Virus record (IMG/VR): IMGVR_UViG_3300046777_001673
Coordinates: 7,570 to 71,569 of that record
Strand: one strand, 5' to 3'
Source: a virus
DNA: 64,000 nucleotides
Positions 36,439 through 44,215 of this stretch are shown here, in pieces. Position 1 is the first letter of the stretch, and each line of letters starts with the position of its first letter. A program made the position numbers and the translations under genes. A model generated the notes under the pieces. It worked only from the letters and a program-made list of their open reading frames with translations. It was not told the DNA's origin and did no database searches.

Positions 36439-37025
36439 AATACGATCTCCTTTAGTGTCTGTGTGTACTTTTCCTTATCAATATTTAGGAAGGACTTGTA
36501 TTTTTTTATACGCAAACTGACGGATTCCCACACTGGGTCCAGTAATTTCTTATCAAAATTCTTTGAGAAATTAAGAATCATATCCATGATCACAAAGGTC
36601 TCTATGGATACGGCGTTTTGTAAATATTTTTTGAGAATTTCTGGATGAGATGAACCTTTGATTTCAAACAACGAATCAAAAGTATCTTTATGAAGAAACA
36701 CTTCCGCCTCTGTTTTGAAGAGATAAAAGAGGCTTTGTGATCTTTTTAACCAGTTTGCGTAATTCTTTTCACCTGACTCAATAATTTCACCGATCCAAAG
36801 TTTTGAAGGATCATCACATTCTACAAAATTAGCCAAGAAATATTGACGGATTTCATCATCAGACTTCTGACGAGACATGCGTTCAAAAAAGTAACGATCT
36901 TTTCTTTTGTTGAACGATTCTTTGGAAGCTCGTGACTTCCCACAATATTGAAAGTAATCGTAGTTTGGTTTAGTGAAATGATTCTTGAATGCCAGGTATG
37001 TTTTGTATACCTCTATTGGCGTCAT
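36435..37025 (-). CDS. g59: Helicase loader gp59
   Basis: YLAFKNHFT..YDYF.Y.GK, F.KRKDRYFF; position between gp33 and gp32. Confidence 0.85.
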   Translation of the reverse strand: MTPIEVYKTYLAFKNHFTKPNYDYFQYCGKSRASKESFNKRKDRYFFERMSRQKSDDEIRQYFLANFVECDDPSKLWIGEIIESGEKNYANWLKRSQSLFYLFKTEAEVFLHKDTFDSLFEIKGSSHPEILKKYLQNAVSIETFVIMDMILNFSKNFDKKLLDPVWESVSLRIKKYKSFLNIDKEKYTQTLKEIVL

Positions 37026-37288
37026 CAGAACATCAGTTTAGCACGACTTGTTTTCTTTAGAAAGTTAAGTTGAGTTGCCTCACATTTAATCTTTTCTTTC
37101 AGTGGTTTTGAAATCAGTTTAGATACTGATTCAAATTCAATACCATTTTCTTCACAATATGTGACAATAGCTTCAATATAATTGATTTTAGATGTAGCTA
37201 CCAGATATTCAATGTCCTGAGCAAACTTGGACTGACAAAGAAATTTTTCTTTTATAAGTGAATTTACTTCCTCAGTTGTGTTCTGCAT
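37025..37288 (-). CDS. g33: Late transcription co-activator gp33
   Basis: YIEAIV.YCEEN.IE.ESV.KLISKPLKEK; likely start MQNTTEE. Confidence 0.85.
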   Translation of the reverse strand: MQNTTEEVNSLIKEKFLCQSKFAQDIEYLVATSKINYIEAIVTYCEENGIEFESVSKLISKPLKEKIKCEATQLNFLKKTSRAKLMF

Positions 37289-37958
37289 AGGTTTCTGTTT
37301 TGTATGTGACAAATTCTCTAATGTATTTGGTAAGAAGTTTAATATAGTAACCCTTGTTTCTTTTTTCATAGACGAAGCATTCTCCATTGTCAGCAACCAT
37401 AATAGTAATCAGTTTTTGGACTGGAATACCAGTCATTTCATAATACATGCAAGCATATGCTGTTTCCTGGACAAAATAATTTTCAATCCATTCCTCAGGT
37501 TTAATTTTTTTTGAAGTCTTGAAGTCAATAACTGCGAGCTCTCCCTCGTACTCAGCGATGCAATCTACTCTGCCCGCAAGTCCCAAGTAGTCACTATAAA
37601 GTGACTTTTCTAAAGCATGTATATTATTTATACGATCTAGATAAGGTTTTGCCGCAAGAAAGAGAAACTTTGTTACAGGGAGAGGATTATACTTATCAAT
37701 ATCCTCATTTAACAAATACTTCTCAACAATATCATGAAACTTGGTTCCACGATCTGTAGCAACCTTGGTAATCTTATTGGCTTCTTCCTCACCAACTTTC
37801 TTACGCCAGTCAATAAATTTCTGTCTACCATAAAAACTGGTCACAGAAGTGATAGAAGGGTATAACTTACCAGAAGGGGTACGATAGAATCTCGTACCCT
37901 CAATATTTTCGGATTGTAAATCAACCTCTTCTTTCAAATAATCTAAATGAACAAACAT
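37272..37958 (-). CDS. PD-(D/E)XK exonuclease
   Basis: YPSITSV, RGTKFH, AGRVDCIAEY, IDFKTS, YFVQ..AY. Confidence 0.85.
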   Translation of the reverse strand: MFVHLDYLKEEVDLQSENIEGTRFYRTPSGKLYPSITSVTSFYGRQKFIDWRKKVGEEEANKITKVATDRGTKFHDIVEKYLLNEDIDKYNPLPVTKFLFLAAKPYLDRINNIHALEKSLYSDYLGLAGRVDCIAEYEGELAVIDFKTSKKIKPEEWIENYFVQETAYACMYYEMTGIPVQKLITIMVADNGECFVYEKRNKGYYIKLLTKYIREFVTYKTETYAEHN

Positions 37959-38722
37959 TACATACCTAAAGCCAATTTAGCAACAATATAGTTTTTGACA
38001 AGTCCAGAACGAACAATATCATCAACTCCAAATTCTACCATGGAAAAATCATATTCCATTGCACGAATAATTTTCATAAAATCAAGAATCCCATTCTTTT
38101 CATGGGTTTTAACAAGATCTGATTGAGTAGCATCACCACAAAATACGATCTTACTATTTTCACCAATACGAGTAATTATACTATCTAATTCGTGAAAGTT
38201 CAAGTTTTGCATCTCATCGACCAATACAATTGCGTTGTCGAGAGTAGTGCCACGAATAAAACTAGTTGACCAGAATGAAATAGTTTCCTGAGCTTTGAGG
38301 TTTCCATAGAGCATTTCAAAGTCAGCATCAGTAGGTAGCTCAAACATGTACTTACACATGTTCTTGTAAGGAATCTGATAGAGAGAGGACTTATCCTCAT
38401 GATCTCCAGGAAGGAATCCAATCTCACGAGTAGATACAAGAGACCTTACAATGTAAACCTTTTCATATGGAGTCCTATCATCTAGAACATCTTTGAGTGC
38501 AAGATAAAGTCCAACGAATGTTTTACCTGTACCTGCAGCACCATAGGCAAAAACATTTTTACCTTTCTTATACTCATCAAAAAAGATTTTTTGATTATCA
38601 GTCAACGGAGAGATATCCGTCATCAAGTCAGAGTTGATTGGTTTTTTACGACGCATTTGTTTTGCGCTCATACCAATACCGATGTTGCTGTTGCCGTTGG
38701 CAGATTTTCTTGATCTTGGCAT
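37958..38722 (-). CDS. phoH: PhoH family ATPase
   Basis: GAAGTGKT, IGFLPG, RGTT, DEMQN, GDATQSD, DIVRSGLV. Confidence 0.95.
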   Translation of the reverse strand: MPRSRKSANGNSNIGIGMSAKQMRRKKPINSDLMTDISPLTDNQKIFFDEYKKGKNVFAYGAAGTGKTFVGLYLALKDVLDDRTPYEKVYIVRSLVSTREIGFLPGDHEDKSSLYQIPYKNMCKYMFELPTDADFEMLYGNLKAQETISFWSTSFIRGTTLDNAIVLVDEMQNLNFHELDSIITRIGENSKIVFCGDATQSDLVKTHEKNGILDFMKIIRAMEYDFSMVEFGVDDIVRSGLVKNYIVAKLALGM

Positions 38723-38723
38723 A

Positions 38724-38972
38724 CTAGATTTTCTTTACACGAGAACCAGGTGCTTTTCCGGCTTTAGTGAGAACATCATTCCAGCCTGGATTTCTGGAGA
38801 TGAGTTTGTCTTTCCACTCGCCAACTTCACCCGAACCAGGACAGGTAGATGGATCGCTCCAATCTCTATCCCAATCTGGGTTATCTTGCTTCCACTGACT
38901 CCAGGCGTGGACACTCATTTCCACTTCTTTCTGTTCGCCAGTGATTTTGTTTATAACAGGATAGGTCGCCAT
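38724..38972 (-). CDS. Conserved T4-like hypothetical protein
   Basis: MATYPV.NK.TGE, GWNDVL, PGS. Confidence 0.7.
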   Translation of the reverse strand: MATYPVINKITGEQKEVEMSVHAWSQWKQDNPDWDRDWSDPSTCPGSGEVGEWKDKLISRNPGWNDVLTKAGKAPGSRVKKI

Positions 38973-39001
38973 TTAAGTAATAAAATTCAATTATGATTTA
39001 T

Positions 39002-39856
39002 TTATTGAGTAATTTTGTGTGCAATATAATTTTGATCTGATACTTGTTGTATATCCCATTTTATCACAGGTTCCATATAATAACTACTTCCTTCGGTTAG
39101 TTTAAACTTCTTGTGATTAGTTCTATTATGTTTTTCTAGAAGAAGTTTATGTACAACATTATCATCATCTACATTATTATATTTTTTAATATGTTCTCTA
39201 ATTGTGTTTTCTATGTTAGGAATTTCTGCATAGGCTTGAAAATTTTCAACTCTTTTTTTAGCTAAATGTGGCAAAGAAAACAAAGTGTTTAATCCAAATT
39301 TAATTTCTACATGATTTAATCCTAAAAGAAGTATTCTTTCATATATTTCGGTATCTTCCCAAGCGGCATAGTAATTCATATTTTCATTATAACCACCAAC
39401 CTTCATATAGTTTTCTTTTGTAATATACAAAGTACCCCAGAGAGCTTTGAAAAACATATGTTTTTGGTATTTTGCTGCATTTGAAGGATCTTTTTCTCCA
39501 TTCAAATTCCAAGATTCATCTGTACCAGTTAAAAATGACTTATTATCAATCTTATGATGATCAAAAAAATTAAAATATGGATTCATAACAGTATCCGAAT
39601 CCAATTTTAAAATGTATTCATTTTTTACTAAAGATGCAGCCAAATTTAATGGTTGAGGTTGATTGAAATAAGGTTCATTTGGAACCGTGATAACTTTAAT
39701 TCTGGGATCCAATTTAATCAAATGATCAATTGGATCATCAGAATTCCAATCGGTTACGATAATCTCATCTACTTCATCGAACTGAATCCATGAAGATATA
39801 GACACTGATAGGGCTTTACCTCTATTTTTACATGCGGATATTATAGAAACAGACAT
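39002..39856 (-). CDS. Glycosyltransferase (GT2/GT7-like)
   Basis: ACKNR, IIVTDWNS, KLDSD, VGGYNE...WEDTE; likely start MSVSII. Confidence 0.75.
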   Translation of the reverse strand: MSVSIISACKNRGKALSVSISSWIQFDEVDEIIVTDWNSDDPIDHLIKLDPRIKVITVPNEPYFNQPQPLNLAASLVKNEYILKLDSDTVMNPYFNFFDHHKIDNKSFLTGTDESWNLNGEKDPSNAAKYQKHMFFKALWGTLYITKENYMKVGGYNENMNYYAAWEDTEIYERILLLGLNHVEIKFGLNTLFSLPHLAKKRVENFQAYAEIPNIENTIREHIKKYNNVDDDNVVHKLLLEKHNRTNHKKFKLTEGSSYYMEPVIKWDIQQVSDQNYIAHKITQ

Positions 39857-39857
39857 T

Positions 39858-40037
39858 TTATTGGCTAATTTCAAGTTCAGAGTAATCTAATTTTTGAAGT
39901 TCTTCTGGTTTAATTTCTTTTGTCAAGAATTTTCCATCTTCATTATATTCTACAATATAATTATCCTCGGTTGTATCTACAATTGTGCATGTAGTCCAAG
40001 CTTCGTCTTTTGATACTGCTTTAGTTTGGTAGTACAT
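39858..40037 (-). CDS. Small hypothetical protein (59 aa)
   Basis: Manual translation MYYQTKAVSKDEAW...; AGGAGG RBS upstream. Confidence 0.6.
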   Translation of the reverse strand: MYYQTKAVSKDEAWTTCTIVDTTEDNYIVEYNEDGKFLTKEIKPEELQKLDYSELEISQ

Positions 40038-40066
40038 GTTACCTCCTTAAGGGGCATTGGTATATA

Positions 40067-40699
40067 TCACCACTCCAGAGCTTCTGCAACTGAAGGAAAT
40101 TGTTCTTTAAAAACTTCTCTACAAGAGAGGGCAATGTCCATATGTTCTTTCTGAGTTCCATGTGCAGAACGAAGATTGATATAATGAATCCAAGAACGAC
40201 AAGAGCCCGTCATGTAGATACGAGTGGGAGTTGCGAGAGGAAGCACAAAACGAGCACACTCCTTAGCAACACCTTGACTCAGAAGATAGTTATAGACATC
40301 CTGAGCGTCCCTGAAGAGGTCTTGAATCATCTTATTCATCACGAATACATTCTCTTCCTCCAGGTCATTAATCGAGTTCTGGCGGTTCTTGGTGTCCTGC
40401 CTACGCAGTTCTGGCACAGGAATATCAGTGCTCAAAAGATTTGTGTCTGCATACCGTTGTGAAAATTCTTGAAATGTAAACGAACGGTGTCGAAGGATCT
40501 GGGCTGCGATACCACGATTAGTTTCAATCTCAAGAGTCATAGAAGACTGTTCAAAAACAGACCAATGATTATGCTTAATACAATAAGCAAGCAACTTGGC
40601 ATAGTTTTCGTTGTCTTGATTCGCAGGATTAGAAACTCGCGCAATATACGCCATTGTTTTTTCTGCATCTGGAGTAATAGAAATAAGTTTTACAGTCAT
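40067..40699 (-). CDS. thyX: FAD-dependent thymidylate synthase
   Basis: HWSVFE, QILRHRSFTFQEFSQRY, ARFVLP, TQKEH. Confidence 0.95.
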   Translation of the reverse strand: MTVKLISITPDAEKTMAYIARVSNPANQDNENYAKLLAYCIKHNHWSVFEQSSMTLEIETNRGIAAQILRHRSFTFQEFSQRYADTNLLSTDIPVPELRRQDTKNRQNSINDLEEENVFVMNKMIQDLFRDAQDVYNYLLSQGVAKECARFVLPLATPTRIYMTGSCRSWIHYINLRSAHGTQKEHMDIALSCREVFKEQFPSVAEALEW

Positions 40700-40707
40700 T
40701 TAATTCC

Positions 40708-40875
40708 TCAGTCAGGGTATCCATCGTCATCGAAGACCTCATCATAATCGGAGATGTGGCCTGCGGGTTTAGGGGTTGGTTTATAAGAATCTGGATCAGA
40801 ATAAATTTCTGATTTAAGACATTCTACAAGTGACTCCAGATTTCTTACAATTAATTTAAGTCTTTCTCTGTCCAT
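40708..40875 (-). CDS. Small conserved cyanophage protein (55 aa)
   Basis: Manual translation MDRERLKLIVRNLESLVECLKSEIYSD...DDDGYPD. Confidence 0.65.
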   Translation of the reverse strand: MDRERLKLIVRNLESLVECLKSEIYSDPDSYKPTPKPAGHISDYDEVFDDDGYPD

Positions 40876-40906
40876 GATTATGCATAATCTTTTACTATTT
40901 TACTAC

Positions 40907-40932
40907 AAAAAAAGGGAGGTGTAAACCTCCCC
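40907..40932 (-). terminator. Intrinsic terminator closing the riboswitch operon
   Basis: GGGAGGT-TTAC-ACCTCCC-TTTTTTT on the minus strand. Confidence 0.85.
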
Positions 40933-40939
40933 GATGATT

Positions 40940-41038
40940 TCATTTATACAACCATTGAATATAAAAAGACAATAACATCGTAGTTAAAGCAATCGCAGCA
41001 GTAGATGAGACTATAACTTGTGCGATGGAAGACATCAT
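40940..41038 (-). CDS. 32-aa single-TM microprotein
   Basis: MMSSIAQVIVSSTAAIALTTMLLSFYIQWLYK; ATGA overlap; GGAG RBS. Confidence 0.6.
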   Translation of the reverse strand: MMSSIAQVIVSSTAAIALTTMLLSFYIQWLYK

Positions 41039-41133
41039 TTTGCTCCTACTAGTTGTGCTAGTTGTGCTTGGTGACGACGCTCTTCTTTTTGTTTTTGGTC
41101 TTTAATAAGTTGTAGGAAGTTAAGTTTCTTCAT
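41035..41133 (-). CDS. 32-aa basic helical microprotein
   Basis: MKKLNFLQLIKDQKQKEERRHQAQLAQLVGAK; ATGA overlap; GGAGG RBS. Confidence 0.65.
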   Translation of the reverse strand: MKKLNFLQLIKDQKQKEERRHQAQLAQLVGAK

Positions 41134-41294
41134 TTGCCCCCCTCCCAATTCCAGTTGTTGCATGGACGATATGCGGTTCCACGATATACATTCTGTGGAT
41201 GGGATGGAGCATGAGTTTCAGAATACCAGTGTTGATATTCTTGCTTAGGGGCGTCAGTATTATACTTGCACCCTCTATAGGTTGCTTGTGACAT
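41130..41294 (-). CDS. DUF4278-like YRG-motif peptide (54 aa)
   Basis: MSQATYRGCKY...VYRGTAY with two YRG motifs; AAGGAG RBS; this family is typically found downstream of glutamine riboswitches. Confidence 0.8.
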   Translation of the reverse strand: MSQATYRGCKYNTDAPKQEYQHWYSETHAPSHPQNVYRGTAYRPCNNWNWEGGK

Positions 41295-41326
41295 TAGGTT
41301 TTCTCCTTAGTTTTTGAGGTTAAAGA

Positions 41327-41498
41327 GCGTTCCTTCAGTCGGCTTTTGCGTCTATGAAATTACAAGTCCTTGGAGATCCCTCTTTGAAAATCTGAATGAG
41401 TTCAGATCTTGCAGGCTCATCCATTTTCAATTTTACATTATTAATGAGTTTTTGAGCCTCAATACAAGTCCAGAGAATTGTTTCCATAGATGAACGAT
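41327..41498 (-). ncRNA. Glutamine riboswitch (glnA class) aptamer 2, P2 loop expanded by an ORF
   Basis: 5' AUCGUUCA-UCUAUGGAA ... UUUCAUAGA-CGCAAAAGCCGACUGAAGGAACGC 3'; P1 CGUUC/GAACG; P2 9 bp. Confidence 0.8.
41335..41487 (-). CDS. 50-aa protein nested in riboswitch aptamer 2
   Basis: METILWTCIEAQKLINNVKLKMDEPARSELIQIFKEGSPRTCNFIDAKAD; ATG lies in the P2 5' strand and the stop lies in the aptamer 3' core. Confidence 0.65.
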   Translation of the reverse strand: METILWTCIEAQKLINNVKLKMDEPARSELIQIFKEGSPRTCNFIDAKAD

Positions 41499-41755
41499 CC
41501 GTTCCGAGTCGGCTTACTTCCGTCCTATTAAATTGTTTAGCACTTAAGTCTCACAACATCCTTTCGGAGTTCTGAAAGCAGTCGGTCTTCTCTTCTTTGG
41601 TCTACTACATCGTCGTTTTTAACGATGTCCATTAGTTCCCACGCTGCGTCGCAACTTATCGTAACTTGATTAGTTTGGGCAAGTTGTGGCGTAGAAATAG
41701 AAAGAAGTGGAACCCATGCTAAAAGCAAAAGTGCTTTAGTCATAGGATGAACGAT
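41499..41755 (-). ncRNA. Glutamine riboswitch (glnA class) aptamer 1, P2 loop expanded by an ORF
   Basis: 5' AUCGUUCA-UCCUAU ... AUAGGA-CGGAAGUAAGCCGACUCGGAACGG 3'; P1 CGUUC/GAACG; P2 6 bp. Confidence 0.75.
41537..41743 (-). CDS. 68-aa exported protein nested in riboswitch aptamer 1
   Basis: Signal-peptide-like N-terminus; C-x-x-A-x-x-L...SEL...C pattern shared with 41335..41487. Confidence 0.7.
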   Translation of the reverse strand: MTKALLLLAWVPLLSISTPQLAQTNQVTISCDAAWELMDIVKNDDVVDQRREDRLLSELRKDVVRLKC

Positions 41756-41763
41756 AGGAGATT

Positions 41764-41793
41764 AGTATACTCCCATTCATCCTATATAGTCAA
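41764..41793 (-). promoter_or_regulatory. Sigma70-like promoter for the riboswitch operon
   Basis: TTGACT-18-TATACT; predicted start a few nt before aptamer 1. Confidence 0.65.
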
Positions 41794-41801
41794 CCATTTT
41801 T

Positions 41802-41815
41802 GTAACTTTTGTTAC
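41802..41815. promoter_or_regulatory. NtcA binding box
   Basis: GTA-ACTTTTGT-TAC = GTA-N8-TAC, extended palindrome GTAAC-N4-GTTAC. Confidence 0.7.
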
Positions 41816-41819
41816 CAAA

Positions 41820-42071
41820 TTAAGAAGGATTCAATGCAAAATCCAAAGCTCTTTTGGCAGTTGAAATCAATCGGTACTTTCTCTTATCTTTTGCATAAGG
41901 TATAGAAAGAGAAAATCCCAGAAGATCTCCCTCAGGATCATCTGGGATTCCTACTGGTTGCACAAAAAATATTCCTGCATGTGCAACACATTTCCAACCA
42001 ATATCTACGAATCCTAAATCTCTCAACGCACATTCTAGTTTGAGAGAATAACACCCGTCCTCTAGAGTCAT
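41820..42071 (-). CDS. Hypothetical protein
   Basis: 83-aa ORF. Confidence 0.6.
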   Translation of the reverse strand: MTLEDGCYSLKLECALRDLGFVDIGWKCVAHAGIFFVQPVGIPDDPEGDLLGFSLSIPYAKDKRKYRLISTAKRALDFALNPS

Positions 42072-42093
42072 GTACGGAAAACCGAACTATGAC

Positions 42094-42291
42094 TTATTTA
42101 GAGTTGATTCTAGCCTCTAACTCGTTGATACGACTGAACTCAGCATAAGCCTGTTCAGATCTCTCATGAAGAATGTCCATGAGATCATCATAAATCACAT
42201 CAATGTCCACATAGTCATTGAAGTAAGTTTCAAGGGCTTCCCGAAGGTATCTCTTACGATTCCATTCTGGAGAATAGGGTTTGTATTCCAT
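42094..42291 (-). CDS. Hypothetical protein
   Basis: MEYKPYSPEW.RKRYL. Confidence 0.6.
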   Translation of the reverse strand: MEYKPYSPEWNRKRYLREALETYFNDYVDIDVIYDDLMDILHERSEQAYAEFSRINELEARINSK

Positions 42292-42325
42292 GATAAGGGT
42301 GATATATAATCCGATTATAGACTAG

Positions 42326-42475
42326 TTATTGTTGTTCGTCAAGCTCTCTAAGGTAGTCTATCCACCACTGAGGATCTTTCTGCATTTTCCAATTCGGAAC
42401 TTCTTTTCCTTGTTCAAAATACCATTTCCAAATGGCTTCATCAATAATCTCAGCAATTTCAGTCTGTCTCATTCT
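42326..42475 (-). CDS. Hypothetical protein
   Basis: Likely start MKRMRQTEI; WKWYFE, DPQWWIDYL. Confidence 0.5.
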   Translation of the reverse strand, partial: RMRQTEIAEIIDEAIWKWYFEQGKEVPNWKMQKDPQWWIDYLRELDEQQ

Positions 42476-42650
42476 CTTCATCAGTGTCTCCATATGGGTT
42501 TTCCACATAGGGTCCGTGTTCTCGTTTGGAATCTTCTCGGACATAATTGACTTCTGATACGCTAGAGGACAACCAGACAGATACTTTCATTATAACATAG
42601 ATTATCGCAAGTGGCAGAAAACATAAAGATACAATAAGTGCATGTTTCAT
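42459..42650 (-). CDS. Small membrane protein
   Basis: N-terminal TM helix. Confidence 0.55.
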   Translation of the reverse strand: MKHALIVSLCFLPLAIIYVIMKVSVWLSSSVSEVNYVREDSKREHGPYVENPYGDTDEENETD

Positions 42651-42847
42651 TCTTCTATCTCAAAACATTTTTCAAACTTATCTCTCAACTCATTCAGTTT
42701 TGTCTGTTCTTGAAACTCCATGATATGTGCGTGTATTTCTTTCTCTTCTTCAGTAAGTTTCATACGATATTTTTGTTTAATATCAATCAATCGCACCATA
42801 TCCATATAATGCTCTGGACTTTTATTAACAAACTCTTCGTAGGTCAA
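42647..42847 (-). CDS. Hypothetical protein
   Basis: Tiled ORF. Confidence 0.55.
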   Translation of the reverse strand: MTYEEFVNKSPEHYMDMVRLIDIKQKYRMKLTEEEKEIHAHIMEFQEQTKLNELRDKFEKCFEIEE

Positions 42848-43164
42848 TCTCTTTGCCTCCAGTCGTCTGGTTTATCTTCAGTCCACCAGTCAACCATATC
42901 ATCTACACTATCAAATCCACGCTTACCAAAACGATCAAATCCTGTACCACCAATATCAAGTTGGTTCAAAAAATCATCCATATCACCTTCTTGCATCGTA
43001 GGATTCTCTGCAGTCCTTCTTGCTTGACGAAGTATAGTGCCAGCAGTTCTATTTGCCTTTGCAAGTTTCTCTGCCCAAATCATATCTTCCAAACTCACCT
43101 CTTCATGCTTGGCAATCTTGTTGCAAATACCTTCCAAGCGTAGGCGATATTGTGTAGAGAGCAT
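42844..43164 (-). CDS. Conserved cyanophage hypothetical protein
   Basis: MLSTQYRLRLE.IC, DMIWAEKL, DWRQRD. Confidence 0.7.
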   Translation of the reverse strand: MLSTQYRLRLEGICNKIAKHEEVSLEDMIWAEKLAKANRTAGTILRQARRTAENPTMQEGDMDDFLNQLDIGGTGFDRFGKRGFDSVDDMVDWWTEDKPDDWRQRD

Positions 43165-43205
43165 GTGCAATCTCCATATAGGAATATTTAGAACTTATTT
43201 TAACA

Positions 43206-43892
43206 TTAAAAATATAGTTTAACAACTTCACTGTTAGGATCCACATAAAAATGACCTTGAAAAGTGATTCTATGTTCACCTTTCTTTAGTGAAAATGGGC
43301 CAATTCTGTGTGGAATCATTCCATGCCAAAAATGTAGAGTCCCATATTCATAATAAACTTTCTCAGATTTATCATCTAAAACAATATCCAAATAAGGAGG
43401 AGTTTCTGGAGATTCAATAAGAAGAACAAAAGATCTTATATTATTTTCATCTATGTCTGGATAATAATCTAGAATTCCACTATCTTGATGAACAATATAC
43501 TGTGCGTTTTCTATTTCATATTCACCAAAAACATGAAATCCTGGCACAGGTAAAGTCCTATCAAATTCAACTTTTTCAACTTTAAAGGTTTCTTTTATTT
43601 TTTGAAAAAGTCTGTCATACAACCAATCAAATGTATTAATAAGTTTATTTCTTAGTTCCCAATTTATTTCTTCCCTTCTACCATCTTGACCCTTTGTGTG
43701 AATCAGATATATTGCATCACCCAATACATGTTGTATTTTATCTTTATCCTGCAAAAAATTTCTATAACCCTCATACCTATCGTACTCAGAAATTGGTTTC
43801 CAATCGGATTTAAGAGAATGAACCTTATCTTTTAACTGTGTAATTTCTGACTCAGATACAAAGTTTTTTACATCATGTACAAATGAACTCAT
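43206..43892 (-). CDS. Putative 2OG-Fe(II) oxygenase-like protein
   Basis: PGFHVF, HQD, PHRI, RITFQGH. Confidence 0.6.
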   Translation of the reverse strand: MSSFVHDVKNFVSESEITQLKDKVHSLKSDWKPISEYDRYEGYRNFLQDKDKIQHVLGDAIYLIHTKGQDGRREEINWELRNKLINTFDWLYDRLFQKIKETFKVEKVEFDRTLPVPGFHVFGEYEIENAQYIVHQDSGILDYYPDIDENNIRSFVLLIESPETPPYLDIVLDDKSEKVYYEYGTLHFWHGMIPHRIGPFSLKKGEHRITFQGHFYVDPNSEVVKLYF

Positions 43893-44215
43893 CTTTCAAT
43901 ATAACTTAAAGTATGATTTGTTGCATATAGTTGTTCAATTATCATATCACAACCTATCTTAGGATCGCAATCTCCACATGTATAAACATCACAAGCAGCT
44001 TTACCATCTTCAGGCCATGTATGAATACTTATGTGACTTTCAGATAACAAACATAAAACGGTAACTCCTTGTGGATCAAACTTTTTAAAGATGGTTTGAC
44101 ATACAGTTGCCCCACTTGCAGCTGCGGCTTGTTCTAAGAGTTCCATAAGATAATGCTCATCGTTTAATAAAACGAATGAGCATCCAAAGAGATTTAGAAG
44201 ATAGTGTTTTCCCAT
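43889..44215 (-). CDS. speD: S-adenosylmethionine decarboxylase proenzyme
   Basis: MGKH, F.PQGVT, LLSESHISIHTWPE, DVYTCG. Confidence 0.92.
   Translation of the reverse strand: MGKHYLLNLFGCSFVLLNDEHYLMELLEQAAAASGATVCQTIFKKFDPQGVTVLCLLSESHISIHTWPEDGKAACDVYTCGDCDPKIGCDMIIEQLYATNHTLSYIER

Noticed and set aside
37272-37958. Exonuclease as a Cas4 or CRISPR component
   Set aside because: It is the conserved T4-like cyanophage exonuclease between phoH and gp33; no Fe-S Cys pattern and no array.
41035-41133. Calling the 32-aa peptide IF7/GifA
   Set aside because: Only compositional resemblance (basic, Gln-rich helix); the RQQSMLxR-type motif is absent.
41327-41755. The repeated GAACGAT and AGTCGGCTT blocks as a CRISPR mini-array
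   Set aside because: The repeats are short and alternate, spacing is unequal, and they are fully explained as riboswitch 5' and 3' halves. No cas genes are present.
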